Source: Chrysomallon squamiferum
Lineage: Eukaryota > Animalia > Mollusca
DNA: 64,000 nucleotides
Assembly: GCA_012295275.1 (NCBI GenBank)
Contig: CM022665.1
Coordinates: 47,926,001 to 47,990,000, forward strand
Reading direction: 5' to 3'
In this document: positions 1-11,797 of the stretch, piece by piece
How positions within the stretch are numbered: the first letter of the stretch is position 1
How the letters are laid out: the number at the start of each line of letters is the position of its first letter
Program-made: the position numbers and the translations under genes
Notes under the pieces: model-generated
Told to the model about the DNA's origin: nothing
Databases searched by the model: none
The model's input: only the letters and a program-made list of their open reading frames with translations

Positions 1-681
1 AAATGATGACTGTTGAAAAGACAATGTTACACAGTAATAAATACATTAACAGAAAATGCTGTATTTAATCAGAGTTGTGTGTTGTAAATACAAACTATTT
101 AAATATGGTTGACCTTTGATTTCATGGACTAAAAGGAGAACACTGTTCCTGAAAATGGAAAAGTCTGTTGCAAATATGGTTGACCTTTGATTTCATGGAC
201 TAAAGATTAATTGAATGTAAAATTTACCAAAACATTAAACTTTAGTATCCGTAACAGCTTTGTAATACATTAATGTAATAATATAACAACTATACAGAGA
301 GATAAAAACTAATGTAAACATTTGTCATACATGTGCAGAAAAATGGACAATACAATGTGTTAGGTTAGGATGGTTGTGAATGCATTTGTAAAATTTACTC
401 TTATCTTGATGGTGGCTTGAATATTGGTTGCTATGACAGTAAAGTGGGTCTCAGAATAATTTAACACTACCTAGAGGTAAGGTTTCAAGCAGGAATTGGC
501 AGTAAATTCAAATTTTGTGATTTTCCAGTTTTGGTCAAGACTTCCAGTTTTTCCAGAAAACAGAGTTCCATGAAATCAATGGTCAGCAGTAGCTGTGTGT
601 TGTGATACAAAACAGTATTTAAACTACAGAGTGTAGATAATGACAAATACATTTAGATGAACTAAACAGTGTGTCTCTTAC

Positions 682-3600
682 CTGCCAACCTGTCCAGCAA
701 GTTCTGCTGCTCTGCTGTTTGTGTCGGAGGAACTGTTCTCCGAGGACATGTAGCACGTGGTGAACAGTCGACCTGCCAACTCTCGTCTGTCAGCCGGCAC
801 GTAACCCTCCTCTCCTACTATACGCTGTACATCTCCTATAACTCCTTTATCTGCAACAACAATAATAGTAATACACTAACAACATAGTAACTCTCCTACT
901 ATACGCTGTACATCTCCTATAACTCCTTTATCTGCAACAACAATAATAGTAATACACTAACAACATAGTAACTCTCCTACTATACGCTGTACATCTCCTA
1001 TAACTCCTTTATCTGCAACAACAATAATAGTAATACACTAACAACATAGTAACTCTCCTACTATACGCTGTACATCTCCTATAACTCCTTTATCTGCAAC
1101 AACAATAATAGTAATACACTAACAGCATAGCAACAGAATATCAATAAAGCACAGTATCTGTAACAAAACAGTAACGTAATGTCTGTAACAACAATAATAA
1201 TAATACAGTAATAACATAGTAACAGAATATCTATAAAGCACAGTATCTGCAACAACAATAATAGTAATACACTAACAGCATAGCAACAGAATATCAATAA
1301 AGCACAGTATCTGTAACAAAACAGTAACATCTGTAACAACAATAATAATAATACAGTAATAACATAGTAACAGAATATCTATAAAGCACAGTATCTGCAA
1401 CAACAATAATAGTAATACACTAACAGCATAGCAACAGAATATCTATAAAGTACAGTAACAATACTGTAACAGTATTTGCAACAAAACAGTAACACAGTAT
1501 ATCATATACTATATGTAAGAAAACATGATAATAAATATTTATCATATATGTTGAACAAAAATGTTACATATCAACTATACTGTAATAAAATATATCAAAA
1601 GTATATCTGTTACATATAAACATACTACAATAAAATATTATATCAAAAACATATCTATTACCTATCACACACACTATAATAAACGTTGTATAGCTATTAC
1701 CTATACAAAAAGTAAATTACCTCCATTGTGACAAGCCTCACAGACAAGCTGACACATGGACGCTACGATACAGGCGGAGCTAGAACTGTCGATGCCACCA
1801 CTGAGAGGAAGAAAGTATCCACCCTGTCCACTGCGGCGCAGGTAATCCCACAACCAGCAGGCTGGACCCAGACTGAAACACACAGAACTCATTACACACC
1901 ACAACCAGCAGGCTGGACCCAGACTGAAACACACAGAACTGACTCACTACACAACCAGCAGGCTGGACCCAGACTGAAACACACAGAACTCATTACACAC
2001 CACAACCAGCAGGCTGGACCCAGACTGAAACACACAGAACTGACTCACTACACAACCAGCAGGCTGGACCCAGACTGAAACACACAGAACTCATTACACA
2101 CCACAACCAGCAGGCTGGACTCAGACTGAAACACACAGAACTCATTACACACCACAACCAGCAGGCTGGACCCAGACTGAAACACACAGAACTGACTCAC
2201 TACACACCACAACCAGCAGGCTGGACCCAGACTGAAACACACAGAACTCATTACACACCACAACCAGCAGGCACCCAGACTGAAACACACAGAACTCATT
2301 ACACACCACAACCAGCAGGCTGGACCCAGACTGAAACACACAGAACTCATTACACACCACAACCAGCAGGCTGGACCCAGACTGAAACACACAGAACTGA
2401 CTCAGTACACACCACAACCAGCAGGCTGGCCCCAGACTGAAACACACAGAACTGACTCACTACACACCACAACCAGCAGACTGGCCCCAGACTGAAACAC
2501 ACAGAACTGACTCACTACACACCACAACCAGCAGGCTGGACCCAGACTGAAACACACAGAACTGACTCACTACACACCACAACCAGCAGGCTGGACCCAG
2601 ACTGAAACACACAGAACAGACTCAGTACACACCACAACCAGCAGGCTGGACCCAGACTGAAACACACAGAACAGACTCAGTACACACCACAACCAGCAGG
2701 CTGGACCCAGACTGAAACACACAGAACTGACTCACTACACACCACAACCAGCAGGCTGGACCCAGACTGAAACACACAGAACAGACTCAGTACACACCAC
2801 AACCAGCAGGCTGGATCCAGACTGAAACACACAGAACTGACTCACTACACAACCAGCAGGCTGGACCCCGACTGAAACACACAGAACTCATTACACACCA
2901 CAACCAGCAGGCTGGACCCAGACTGAAACACACATAACTCATTACACACCACAACCAGCAGGCTGGACCCAGACTGATACACACATAACTCATTACACAC
3001 AACCAGCAGGCTGGACCCAGACTGAAACACACTGAACTCATTACACACCACAACCAGCAGGCTGGACCCAGACTGAAACACACAGAACTGACTCACTACA
3101 CACCACAACCAGCAGGCTGGATCCAGACTGAAACACACAGAACTGACTCACTACACAACCAGCAGGCTGGACCCAGACTGAAACACACAGAACTGACTCA
3201 CTACACACCACAACCAGCAGGCTGGATCCAGACTGAAACACACAGAACTGTCTCACTACACAACCAGCAGGCTGGACCCAGACTGAAACACACAGAACTG
3301 ACTCACTACACACCACACAGTGTGTCATACACGTTTTTAATACTCACTACACATCACACAGTGTGTCTATAACAGACAAATACATGTTTTTAACACAATC
3401 TGCAGCGAAACCTCATAATAAAGGCATTATTAGCTTGACAAATCCTAGTGTTAGAAAAGCTGGACTGAATACTGTTTTATCTTTTCTTCATTTCAACACA
3501 TCTGCAGATGGTTTTAAGTAAAATGTGTTTGACGTTATTAAAATTTTTATCTCATAGTGACTATTTTACCTGCTGCTTTCCAAATGACTCTTTTACCTGT

Positions 3601-5452
3601 GACTTGTTGCTGTTTCTGTGGAGAACAAGAGTATTTCAGACTGGTTTTACTGTGAGTATTTATGAGACTGAACCCAGCTACTGTATGAAACCTGTCAAAC
3701 ATACATTAACATTCTCACCTTATTTCTTCTTCTGGAGGATGTATTGTAAATGTTGTGGTTTCTGTTTCCTTAACCAGAATGTTATCTTCTCCCTCACTGA
3801 GTGCAAACTGCACTCTAATTCGTGGAAATGGAGTATTCAGTGACGTCTGCAACAAGAAGTGTTGTATGTCAAAGACAACATCTGATTACTTAATCAAAAT
3901 TAAAACTGTTTTTCTGTGTCAGTCCTACTTAACAGTGACTACTTATTTATATTAAACCTGTTTTTGTGTGTCAGTTCTACTTAATAGTGACTACTTATTT
4001 ATATCAAACCTGTTTTTGTGTGTCAGTTCTACTTAATAGTGACTACTTATTTATATTAAACCTGTTTTTCTGTGTCAGTTCTACTTAATAGTGACTACTT
4101 ATTTATATTAAACCTGTTTTTCTGTGTCAGTTCTACTTAATAGTGACTACTTATTTATATTAAAACTGTTTTCTTACTGCGTCAGTTCGACTCCTCATGG
4201 AATTCTTGTACATCCGTACATCTTCCAGATCAACAGTGGCAGTGGTGACTATCTGAAAATGGTATCCACAGAATCATCAAGAAAAATACAACTGGGTTTT
4301 TTGGGGGGGTTTTGTTGTTTGTTGTTGTTGTGCTTTTGGCTCCTACTTTACACACACAAATAGTTAGATAGGCAGATATAATGATTTGGGTTTGGAGGAG
4401 TTTAACGTTTGCTTGTTTGTTCATATCAATTTTCTGTACAGTGAAAAGGTCTCGTGAGTTTTAACTGGACAACTTACCACCTCACTGAGTGAGAACTGTG
4501 GTCCTTGGGCAACAAGATCCCCATTAACTGCAACCATTGAACCTCCATCATAATACACTCTCTCTCCATCACAGCCAAGCAGATTGGAGAACAGGTAGAC
4601 TCCACCACACTGAAATAAATATATACATTATAATACTAAAATATATATATTATGATACTAAAATAAATGTATATATATATATATATATATAAAATCATAC
4701 TAAAATAAATAAATATATTATATCATACTAAAATAAATATATATATCACACTAAAATTTAAAACTATATATCACCCCAAAAAAATATATATATATATATA
4801 TATCACATTAAATTATAAACTATACATCACACTAAAATAAATATATTATACCACACTAAAATAAATATTTATATCATAATACATCACCACACTAAAATAA
4901 ATATTTATATCATAATACATCACACTAAAATAAATATTTATATCATAATACATCACACTAAAATAAATATTTACTCTATACCACACTAAAATATATATAT
5001 ACATTGCAATATGTCATCACACTAAAATATATATTTATGTTATCATACATCACATTACCAAATATATACATTATAATACATCTTATAGATTTATTTTAGT
5101 AAGATGTATATAGATTATAATACATCTTACTAAAATAAATTGATACAATATAACATATTTTCTCTCCATCACAAATGAGGACATTACAAGTAGATATCAC
5201 CATAATGAAGTATTTATATTCTTCAGTACTCTCTCTCTTTATGCATCACACAATAGCAAATAATATACCAGTACACAATCTCAATGCAGAGAAAATAAAT
5301 TTTATTGAAAGTTAACATTATTTTGACAAACCTTTGAGGTTGCATTTTTGACAAGGTCTGCTCTGACACCAGCTTTTCTCAGTTCATGATGGCTTCCACT
5401 GCTGTTAACTACAATCTCTACACCATCCAGATACAGGTCAATGTGTGAACTA

Positions 5453-5491
<39 letters not shown>

Positions 5492-8400
5492 ATATAAAAT
5501 AAATAAATAAATAATTTTTTTTTTTAAATGAGTTCAGTGTCTGAACAGCACAAAAAAAAAAAATCACAGTGTTATATTGATACTGAAAAGATCACAATGT
5601 TATATATACCTACAAAAAAATAAAATATATAATTAAAAATATATATATAAATAAAAATAAAATAAACAAATAGATACATATCAACACAGAGTGTGTATTT
5701 AAGGACCATGTACATAACTGATGCAAAGTGTTACAGATTGATATATACAACATGTATTAATAATAACATACACATAATATACAAACTGACCTTCTTGGCA
5801 TCCACAGTTCTTCACAGATTTCAAAGCCAATGCAAGTGTCAACAGTGGATATAACAGCATCACCAATAGGAACACATTTCTGAGAAAATTTTATAGCAAA
5901 TAAACATAATTCTTATTTCCATGACAATCAAATAAAAACACTTTGTGATGTGTAATGCATAACAAAACTGGCACACAAAACACTGAATCACATACCACAC
6001 ATATGTAAAGCAATGTAATGTATGAAATGAAACACTGAAGTACATACCACACATATGTAAAGCAATGTAATGTATGAAATGAAACACTGAATCACATACC
6101 ACACATATGTAAAGCAATGTAATATATGAAATGAAACACTGAAGTACATACCACACATTTGTACAGTAATGTAATGTATGAAATGAAATACTGAACTATA
6201 TACCACACATTTGTACAGTAATGAAATTCTGAATGTTTTATACACCAGCACCTGGTCTTGTAACATCCTCTATGAAACAAAATACTGAAGAATAATTTAC
6301 CACTCGTCTGTCCTGTAACATCCTCTATGAAATGAAATACTGAAGAATAATTTACCACTCACCTGTCCTGTAACATCCTCTATGTCCTGTAATCAAAAAA
6401 TGAAAATAATTTACTGAAGAATAATTTACCATCCTCATCGTGATGATTTACCACTCAACTGTCCTGTCCTCTATGAAATGAAATACTGATGAATAATTTA
6501 CCACTCGTCTGTCCTGTAACATCCTCTATGAAATGAAATACTGATGAATAATTTACCACTCACCTGTCCTGTAACATCCTCTATGAAATGAAATACTGAA
6601 GAATAATTTACCACTTTACCACTGAAGAATAATTTACCTGTCCTGTAACATCCTCTATGAAATGAAATACTGAAGAATAATTTACCACTCACCTGTCCTG
6701 TAACATCCTCTATGAAATGAAATACTGATGAATAATTTACCACTCACCTGTCCTGTAACATCCTCTATGAAACAAAATACTGAAGAATAATTTACCACTC
6801 GTCTGTCCTGTAACATCCTCTATGAAACAAAATACTGATGAATAATTTACCACTCACCTGTCCTGTAACATCCTCTATGAAATGAAATACTGATGAATAA
6901 TTTACCACTCGTCTGTCCTGTAACATCCTCTATGAAACAAAATACTGATGAATAATTTACCACTCACCTGTCCTGTAACATCCTCTATGAAACAAAATAC
7001 TGATGAATAATTTACCACTCGTCTGTCCTGTAACATCCTCTATGAAACAAAATACTGATGAATAATTTACCACTCACCTGTCCTGTAACATCCTCTATGA
7101 AACAAAATACTGATGAATAATTTACCACTCACCTGTCCTGTAATAATCCTCTATGAAATGAAATACTGATGAATAATTTACCACTCACCTGTCCTGTAAC
7201 ATCCTCTATGAAACAAAATACTGATGAATAATTTACCACTCACCTGTCCTGTAACATCCTGCACAATGCGGGGTAGGAAGAACTCTTCTGTTTGTCTTTC
7301 TTTCTTCCACGTCACAAACCAGCGAGACTCGCGGTAGTTGCAGTCATTACACAGGATTTTCTTAGGTCGAATCAGCAAAATTTTCCTGATGTTATACAAC
7401 ATACACAAACAATTATTAATGTTAAATATACTTACTTGTTAATGAAGAATATCTGACAGTTGTATATAATGTCAAATTAATGTTAAATATACATACTTGT
7501 TAATGAAGAATATCTGACAGTTGTATATAACGTCAAATTAATGTTAAATATACATACTTGTTGAAGAAGATTATTCGACAGTTGTATGCTGCATTTTTGT
7601 GCATCACAGGCCTGAAGTAAAAGTAAACATAACAGTAAACAAAATAACATTTTTAAACATTTTCTTAATACATTACATTTGTAAACATTTTCTTAATACG
7701 ACATTACATTTGTAGGCATTTCTTAAAACAACATTACATTTGTAAACATTTCCTTATTATAATACATTTGTGAATGCTTTCTTAATATAACAGTTGACAT
7801 TAGTCTAAAGAGTTTGTAAGTACTAATACATATGTAAACAATAACAGATGCTTACATTCCAACATCACATAAGATGCCTTGCGAGATGGGTGACGACAAG
7901 ATTTCAGCAAGCACTTCCCACGAATGTAGAAAAGTATCACTCTCTAGGAAATGATCTGCACATCCATAACCACTGTCAAGAAACAAGAACAAATTATCAC
8001 AAAAGTAAATCAAAGTATAATATGTTATGAGATGTGTACAGCTGGCTTTTGACACATTAAAACATTCCTGTTAAAAATTCAATCAAACGATTCGGATTAA
8101 ATTCAAAATCTCACTTCAAAGTGTATTCAGTAGCAGAATGATTTTGTAAACAATCGAAAAACTAAATACAAAAACAAAATCAAATGTTCAGATACTGTCA
8201 CTTTAAGATTTTCACTGCATTTCACCACTGCATCTTGCACCTCTGAAGTCTGTTTTGGGGTGGGTTTAGTAAAACACAGAACTTTCTATATAATAACAGG
8301 TGAAGTTTAACAGTTGACAACTGTTAATGTTTAAGTTAAATATCTCTGTGCTGTGAGTGGGGACTAATTTCTTCAATAATTTCTAGAAGTTTCCAACTAC

Positions 8401-9478
8401 AGACTTTTTATGTGGATCAAGAGATTACCAGAAAGTCTGTCTGTCATCATAACTCAAAATACACACTGACATTGAAAACTGTCTTAAAAATGGTAAAACT
8501 GGAAAAGAAGAATCTTATAAATTCAAAATTTTTACATTTTATTTTAAGAATTGCCAACCTAGATTATAACTACTTCAATCTATAAATTGTGATATATATA
8601 TATATGTGTAAGTCATAAATTATCCAGAAATAAAGAGCTGATAATTTTTTTTTTTTTATTTTTCTTAAATAAAAAGGATTAAAATTATTTGTTAGATATA
8701 AATAATATTTATGATACATGAAATTACTAATAACTGTACATGTAAACACTTGCCCAGTACAATATAAAAAAAAAGTATTCCTACGTTATTTCCAGCTCAG
8801 GTCCTGACCTATAGCGAGCACCCATTGTCTTTGAGTCCTGAATACCTGTAAAATAGATTTTATTATTATTATTATTATTATTATATTATATCCTAAGTAT
8901 TCAATGTCTTCAAGTCTTCTACCTCGTCAATAGTTTTTTCTTTTATTATTATTATTATTGTTATTGTTGCTGTTGTTGTTGTTTGTACAAAGTAGTGTCC
9001 TGAATACCTGTATTAACCTATTTTTTATCATTATTATACATACAGATCACCTACTGTCTTTGAATCCTGAATACCTTTGAAAACATCACACATAAACATA
9101 CTTAGCAATTTAAAGACATGCACACTGACCATATAGCAAGGTGGTTAGGATGAAGTATTGTTAACCAGTGCATACTGCAGTAACTTGTAAAAAGTGCAAT
9201 TTTCAGAAATGTAGACTGTACTTATAACAGTACATATGTACTACATATAATTAGGTTTATAAAGTCATAAACGTACAACATAAAATATTTTAATAAATTA
9301 ATTAATATCTGAAACACCATTTACTGATTTAGTCATTTTTAAATTTTCTTCTAATATCAACACAATATCAGACAGTGTTCATTATAAACTTACTCTTGAG
9401 AATTCGATTTAAATTTCCTGAAAAGTCCATGGCCCACTGATTCAGTGTTGACACCGCTAGCGTGACTTTTCTACCCAT
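682..9478 (-). CDS. NADSYN1: Glutamine-dependent NAD(+) synthetase, 5' part (12 coding exons, about 440 codons; gene continues beyond left edge)
   Basis: Hand-spliced GT-AG exons with consistent phases: 9394-9478 ([28 protein letters not shown]), 8785-8845, 7856-7972, 7558-7611, 7244-7385, 5791-5879, 5332-5449, 4478-4609, 4178-4252, 3719-3846, 1721-1872, 682-850 (1322 nt). Shows nitrilase-fold glutaminase triad motifs GPELE, IRPK, EICEELW and synthetase PP-loop LPLSGGIDS, plus [19 protein letters not shown] and [11 protein letters not shown], all typical of eukaryotic NADSYN1/Qns1. Confidence 0.97.
811..1460. repeat. 81-bp tandem repeat (4 copies, then diverged copies) containing NADSYN1 exon-12 acceptor and first ~40 nt of the exon
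   Basis: tctcctactatacgctgtacatctcc recurs at 811, 892, 973, 1054; partial copies near 1245 and 1393. Confidence 0.92.
1849..3315. repeat. 50-55-bp minisatellite (~28 copies) containing NADSYN1 exon-11 acceptor and first 24 nt of the exon
   Basis: Unit cacaaccagcaggctggacccagactgaaacacacagaactcattacac; first copy is the true exon start. Confidence 0.95.
3885..4192. repeat. 52-bp tandem repeat (5 copies) derived from NADSYN1 exon-9 donor region
   Basis: gtcagt(t/c)c at 3918, 3970, 4022, 4074, 4126 and in the exon at 4181. Confidence 0.88.
4604..5210. repeat. Degenerate AT-rich repeat (cacactaaaataaatat) next to NADSYN1 exon-8 acceptor
   Basis: Many copies of (a)cactaaaataaatat resembling ccacactgaaataaatat at the acceptor. 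Confidence 0.7.
5975..7260. repeat. 55-bp minisatellite containing last 17 nt of NADSYN1 exon 5 and its donor, grading into a diverged ~52-bp array
   Basis: Unit ctgtcctgtaacatcctctatgaaacaaaatactgatgaataatttaccactcac from ~6260 to 7260; related unit at 5975-6230. Confidence 0.93.
7410..7587. repeat. 61-bp triplication including the 3' end of NADSYN1 exon 4 and its donor
   Basis: acttgtt...gacagttgtat at 7434, 7495 and 7556 (the last is the real exon end). Confidence 0.85.
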
Positions 9479-10825
9479 TTTGATCTCGTTTTCCTGCTAT
9501 CACAAAAACAAACTTTCAGTTCAAGTCTGCTTTACCGATTCGGTAAAGTAAATTCCACCCTATTTTTCTGAGATTCCTTTACGTTAATATTGAACTGCAG
9601 TAAACACTCGATTCAGATAACTTTGGATTTAGCGGGAAAACAAAGTAGTTCGAAGCTTTGAATATCGTTTGTAAATAAAATAAATGTATTAAATATCTTT
9701 CAAACGTGTTCTAAATGCGTGCATTATAATAATTAAACACACACACACTTATACAGTTGGGTTTTTTCATTTTGTTCAAATACAACTATTATTATTACTA
9801 CTGTTATTATTTTTGTTATTACTGCTGCCATTAAATAAAATGGAATTTTATGTTAAAACACGCACATAAATATGAATTTGTTATTATAACAGATTCAAAA
9901 TATGCGTATAATTGTTTCAACACAGAAGTATTAATTTATACTCTTTTTTTTTTGTTGTTGTTGATTTTTGTTTTTGTTTATTTTTGTTATTTTCTGCTCA
10001 GACGTTTAGTATTTTCTAACATTCCTCGAAAAAGAAATCAAATATATGCCCCTCACTATTGAGGAAGTGCACTAGTGTGGCATGGAGTGACTAGCGGCAT
10101 CGCTTTCCTTGTTAGGTTTCTGTACAAACGAGATCGAGGTGCCGAAACAGGTTATAAGCAGTGGGAGCTTATAATATAAATATACATTTTAAAATACATA
10201 GTTACAACATCTAGAACAAGAGAGACAGGTGTGTCTGTTTCATATCAGCACAGTGTATTCGCAGAACAGCAATGATGACGATGACGATGTTAATAATACT
10301 AACAGTTTAATATTCGCGTTATTTTCAAAACATATACATGCTCACACCATGTCCATAACGTACTCATCCTACCTTGAACTATAAACACTTTATTAACGTA
10401 AAATCCATGCGCCCAAAACAGGGTGCATTCCGTTGTCTTACGGAAACATGGTAACAGTTATCTTAAACTCGTATCAATACATGAACGCCAAATCTGTAGT
10501 GTACATCTGAAAGGCATATAACTGTGTGCAGACTGTGTGTGTTGTTACAAAGGACTTAGTAATTGTTCCTACGTCTGTTAAGATGACGAGAAAGAAGAGC
10601 AGGCTGCTGTTTATACTTCTTTATTCTAAAGTATAGGCTAATAGTATTCTGTGGTTGTTGTATTTATTTATTGTAACGTATACGTTAGTTTTCTGTGGTT
10701 GTATTTATTTAAAATTACCATATCTAAAATATTATTAGTGTTTGTTAAATATAGTTAGTGCATGGCCGTAATTACATTGAGGCAAATGTCTCGTACCAAA
10801 ATTGATGATTTTAAAAATTAAAACA

Positions 10826-10856
<31 letters not shown>

Positions 10857-11082
10857 AATATACAAAAATTATATTTAAAAATCTGAAATATAAATCTCTA
10901 CTCCGATAGAAACGATATCCACTTACTTTTAAAAGTTTGTGCTAAAAATGGGTGTACAACTTACTAAAAATACTTAAACTGCTGTATTAAAAACTGAATT
11001 ACTTTTGCAGGCTCACATCAGCAGAACAGACCAGAGTGTTGCTTGTGTTGTTTTTAAAACATCAGCAGTCTCCAGTATTTAA

Positions 11083-11116
<34 letters not shown>

Positions 11117-11473
11117 GGTAAACAACGTACGACATTACGTGGCGTACGACGACTTCTGTTCTGCTGATGGCGACAGCGTGGCTGTCACAGTTTTCATTAC
11201 ACCACTCCCAACCCGTCAGGGTGGTCTTTCGAGAATTACCCACACCCTAGATGGAATTTAAAACACATAATATAAGCAGTTTTAAAGATGTAAAATAAAC
11301 ACTGTTTAACATTAATTCTGAAAGATGTAAAATAAATATTTTCAAACTAATTTGAAAACACATTTAAAATGCACGATATTAAACAAAGATTCTAAAAAGC
11401 TATGTTTATTTCACAAAAACATGAAGTAATCTTGCTAAATGATAGGTGTAAAAGTCTTGTGTTTGTGTTTCAG

Positions 11474-11748
11474 GTGAAGTATTCTGCTAACAAAGCAGCT
11501 GGCATCAAACAACACATTGTTGAAATATCAGGACCAGTTCTGCCCCACCACGTACTGACCCTGTCACGTCTCCTCCAACAGACACAGGACGAACGTACAA
11601 CTTTCACCTACAACACTGAGCTGCATTCAGTATGTGTCACCACGGCAACAGCGTCTTCAGCTCCCCAATTTCTTCTGAAAATCTTCAACAGATGAAAGCT
11701 TTTAAAGAAGTGATGACATCAAAACATGGATTTTCTTACACTGTTTAA
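11474..11748 (+). pseudogene. DONSON: DONSON-like C-terminal exon fragment, orphan and apparently frameshifted
   Basis: Acceptor tttgtgtttcag at 11473, then VKYSANKAAGIKQHIVEISGPVLPHHVLTLSRLLQQTQDERTTFTYNT, which resembles the recalled DONSON motif [24 protein letters not shown]. Frame stops at 11695, while a shifted frame (PISSENLQQMKAFKEVMTSKHGFSYTV*) runs to 11748. No upstream DONSON exons recognised in the 2 kb before it. Confidence 0.6.
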
Positions 11749-11797
11749 AAATACTCCAGCAGGCAGGTCACTGTACATTTAACATTTTTGTAATATT

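Noticed and set aside
100-204. 33-bp direct repeat in NADSYN1 intron 12
   Set aside because: Real but small, with no exon-like content or link to a boundary that I can see.
1849-3315. CRISPR-like appearance of regular arrays (also 23745-25730, 38826-41115)
   Set aside because: Units are head-to-tail with no unique spacers, no cas genes, and the context is a spliced eukaryotic locus.
1993-3328. Cys/Trp-rich ORFs ([14 protein letters not shown]...) as separate genes
   Set aside because: Translations of the intronic minisatellite; only 1721-1872 continues into conserved NADSYN1 sequence.
7244-7385. Initial idea that the left-hand gene was CRYZL1 (which would extend the chr21 synteny)
   Set aside because: Full exon assembly gives NADSYN1 motifs; NADSYN1 is not part of the human 21q22 block.
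10582-11270. Possible upstream DONSON exons (MTRKKSRLLFIL..., acceptor at 11010)
   Set aside because: No convincing similarity in any frame; short frames with stops.
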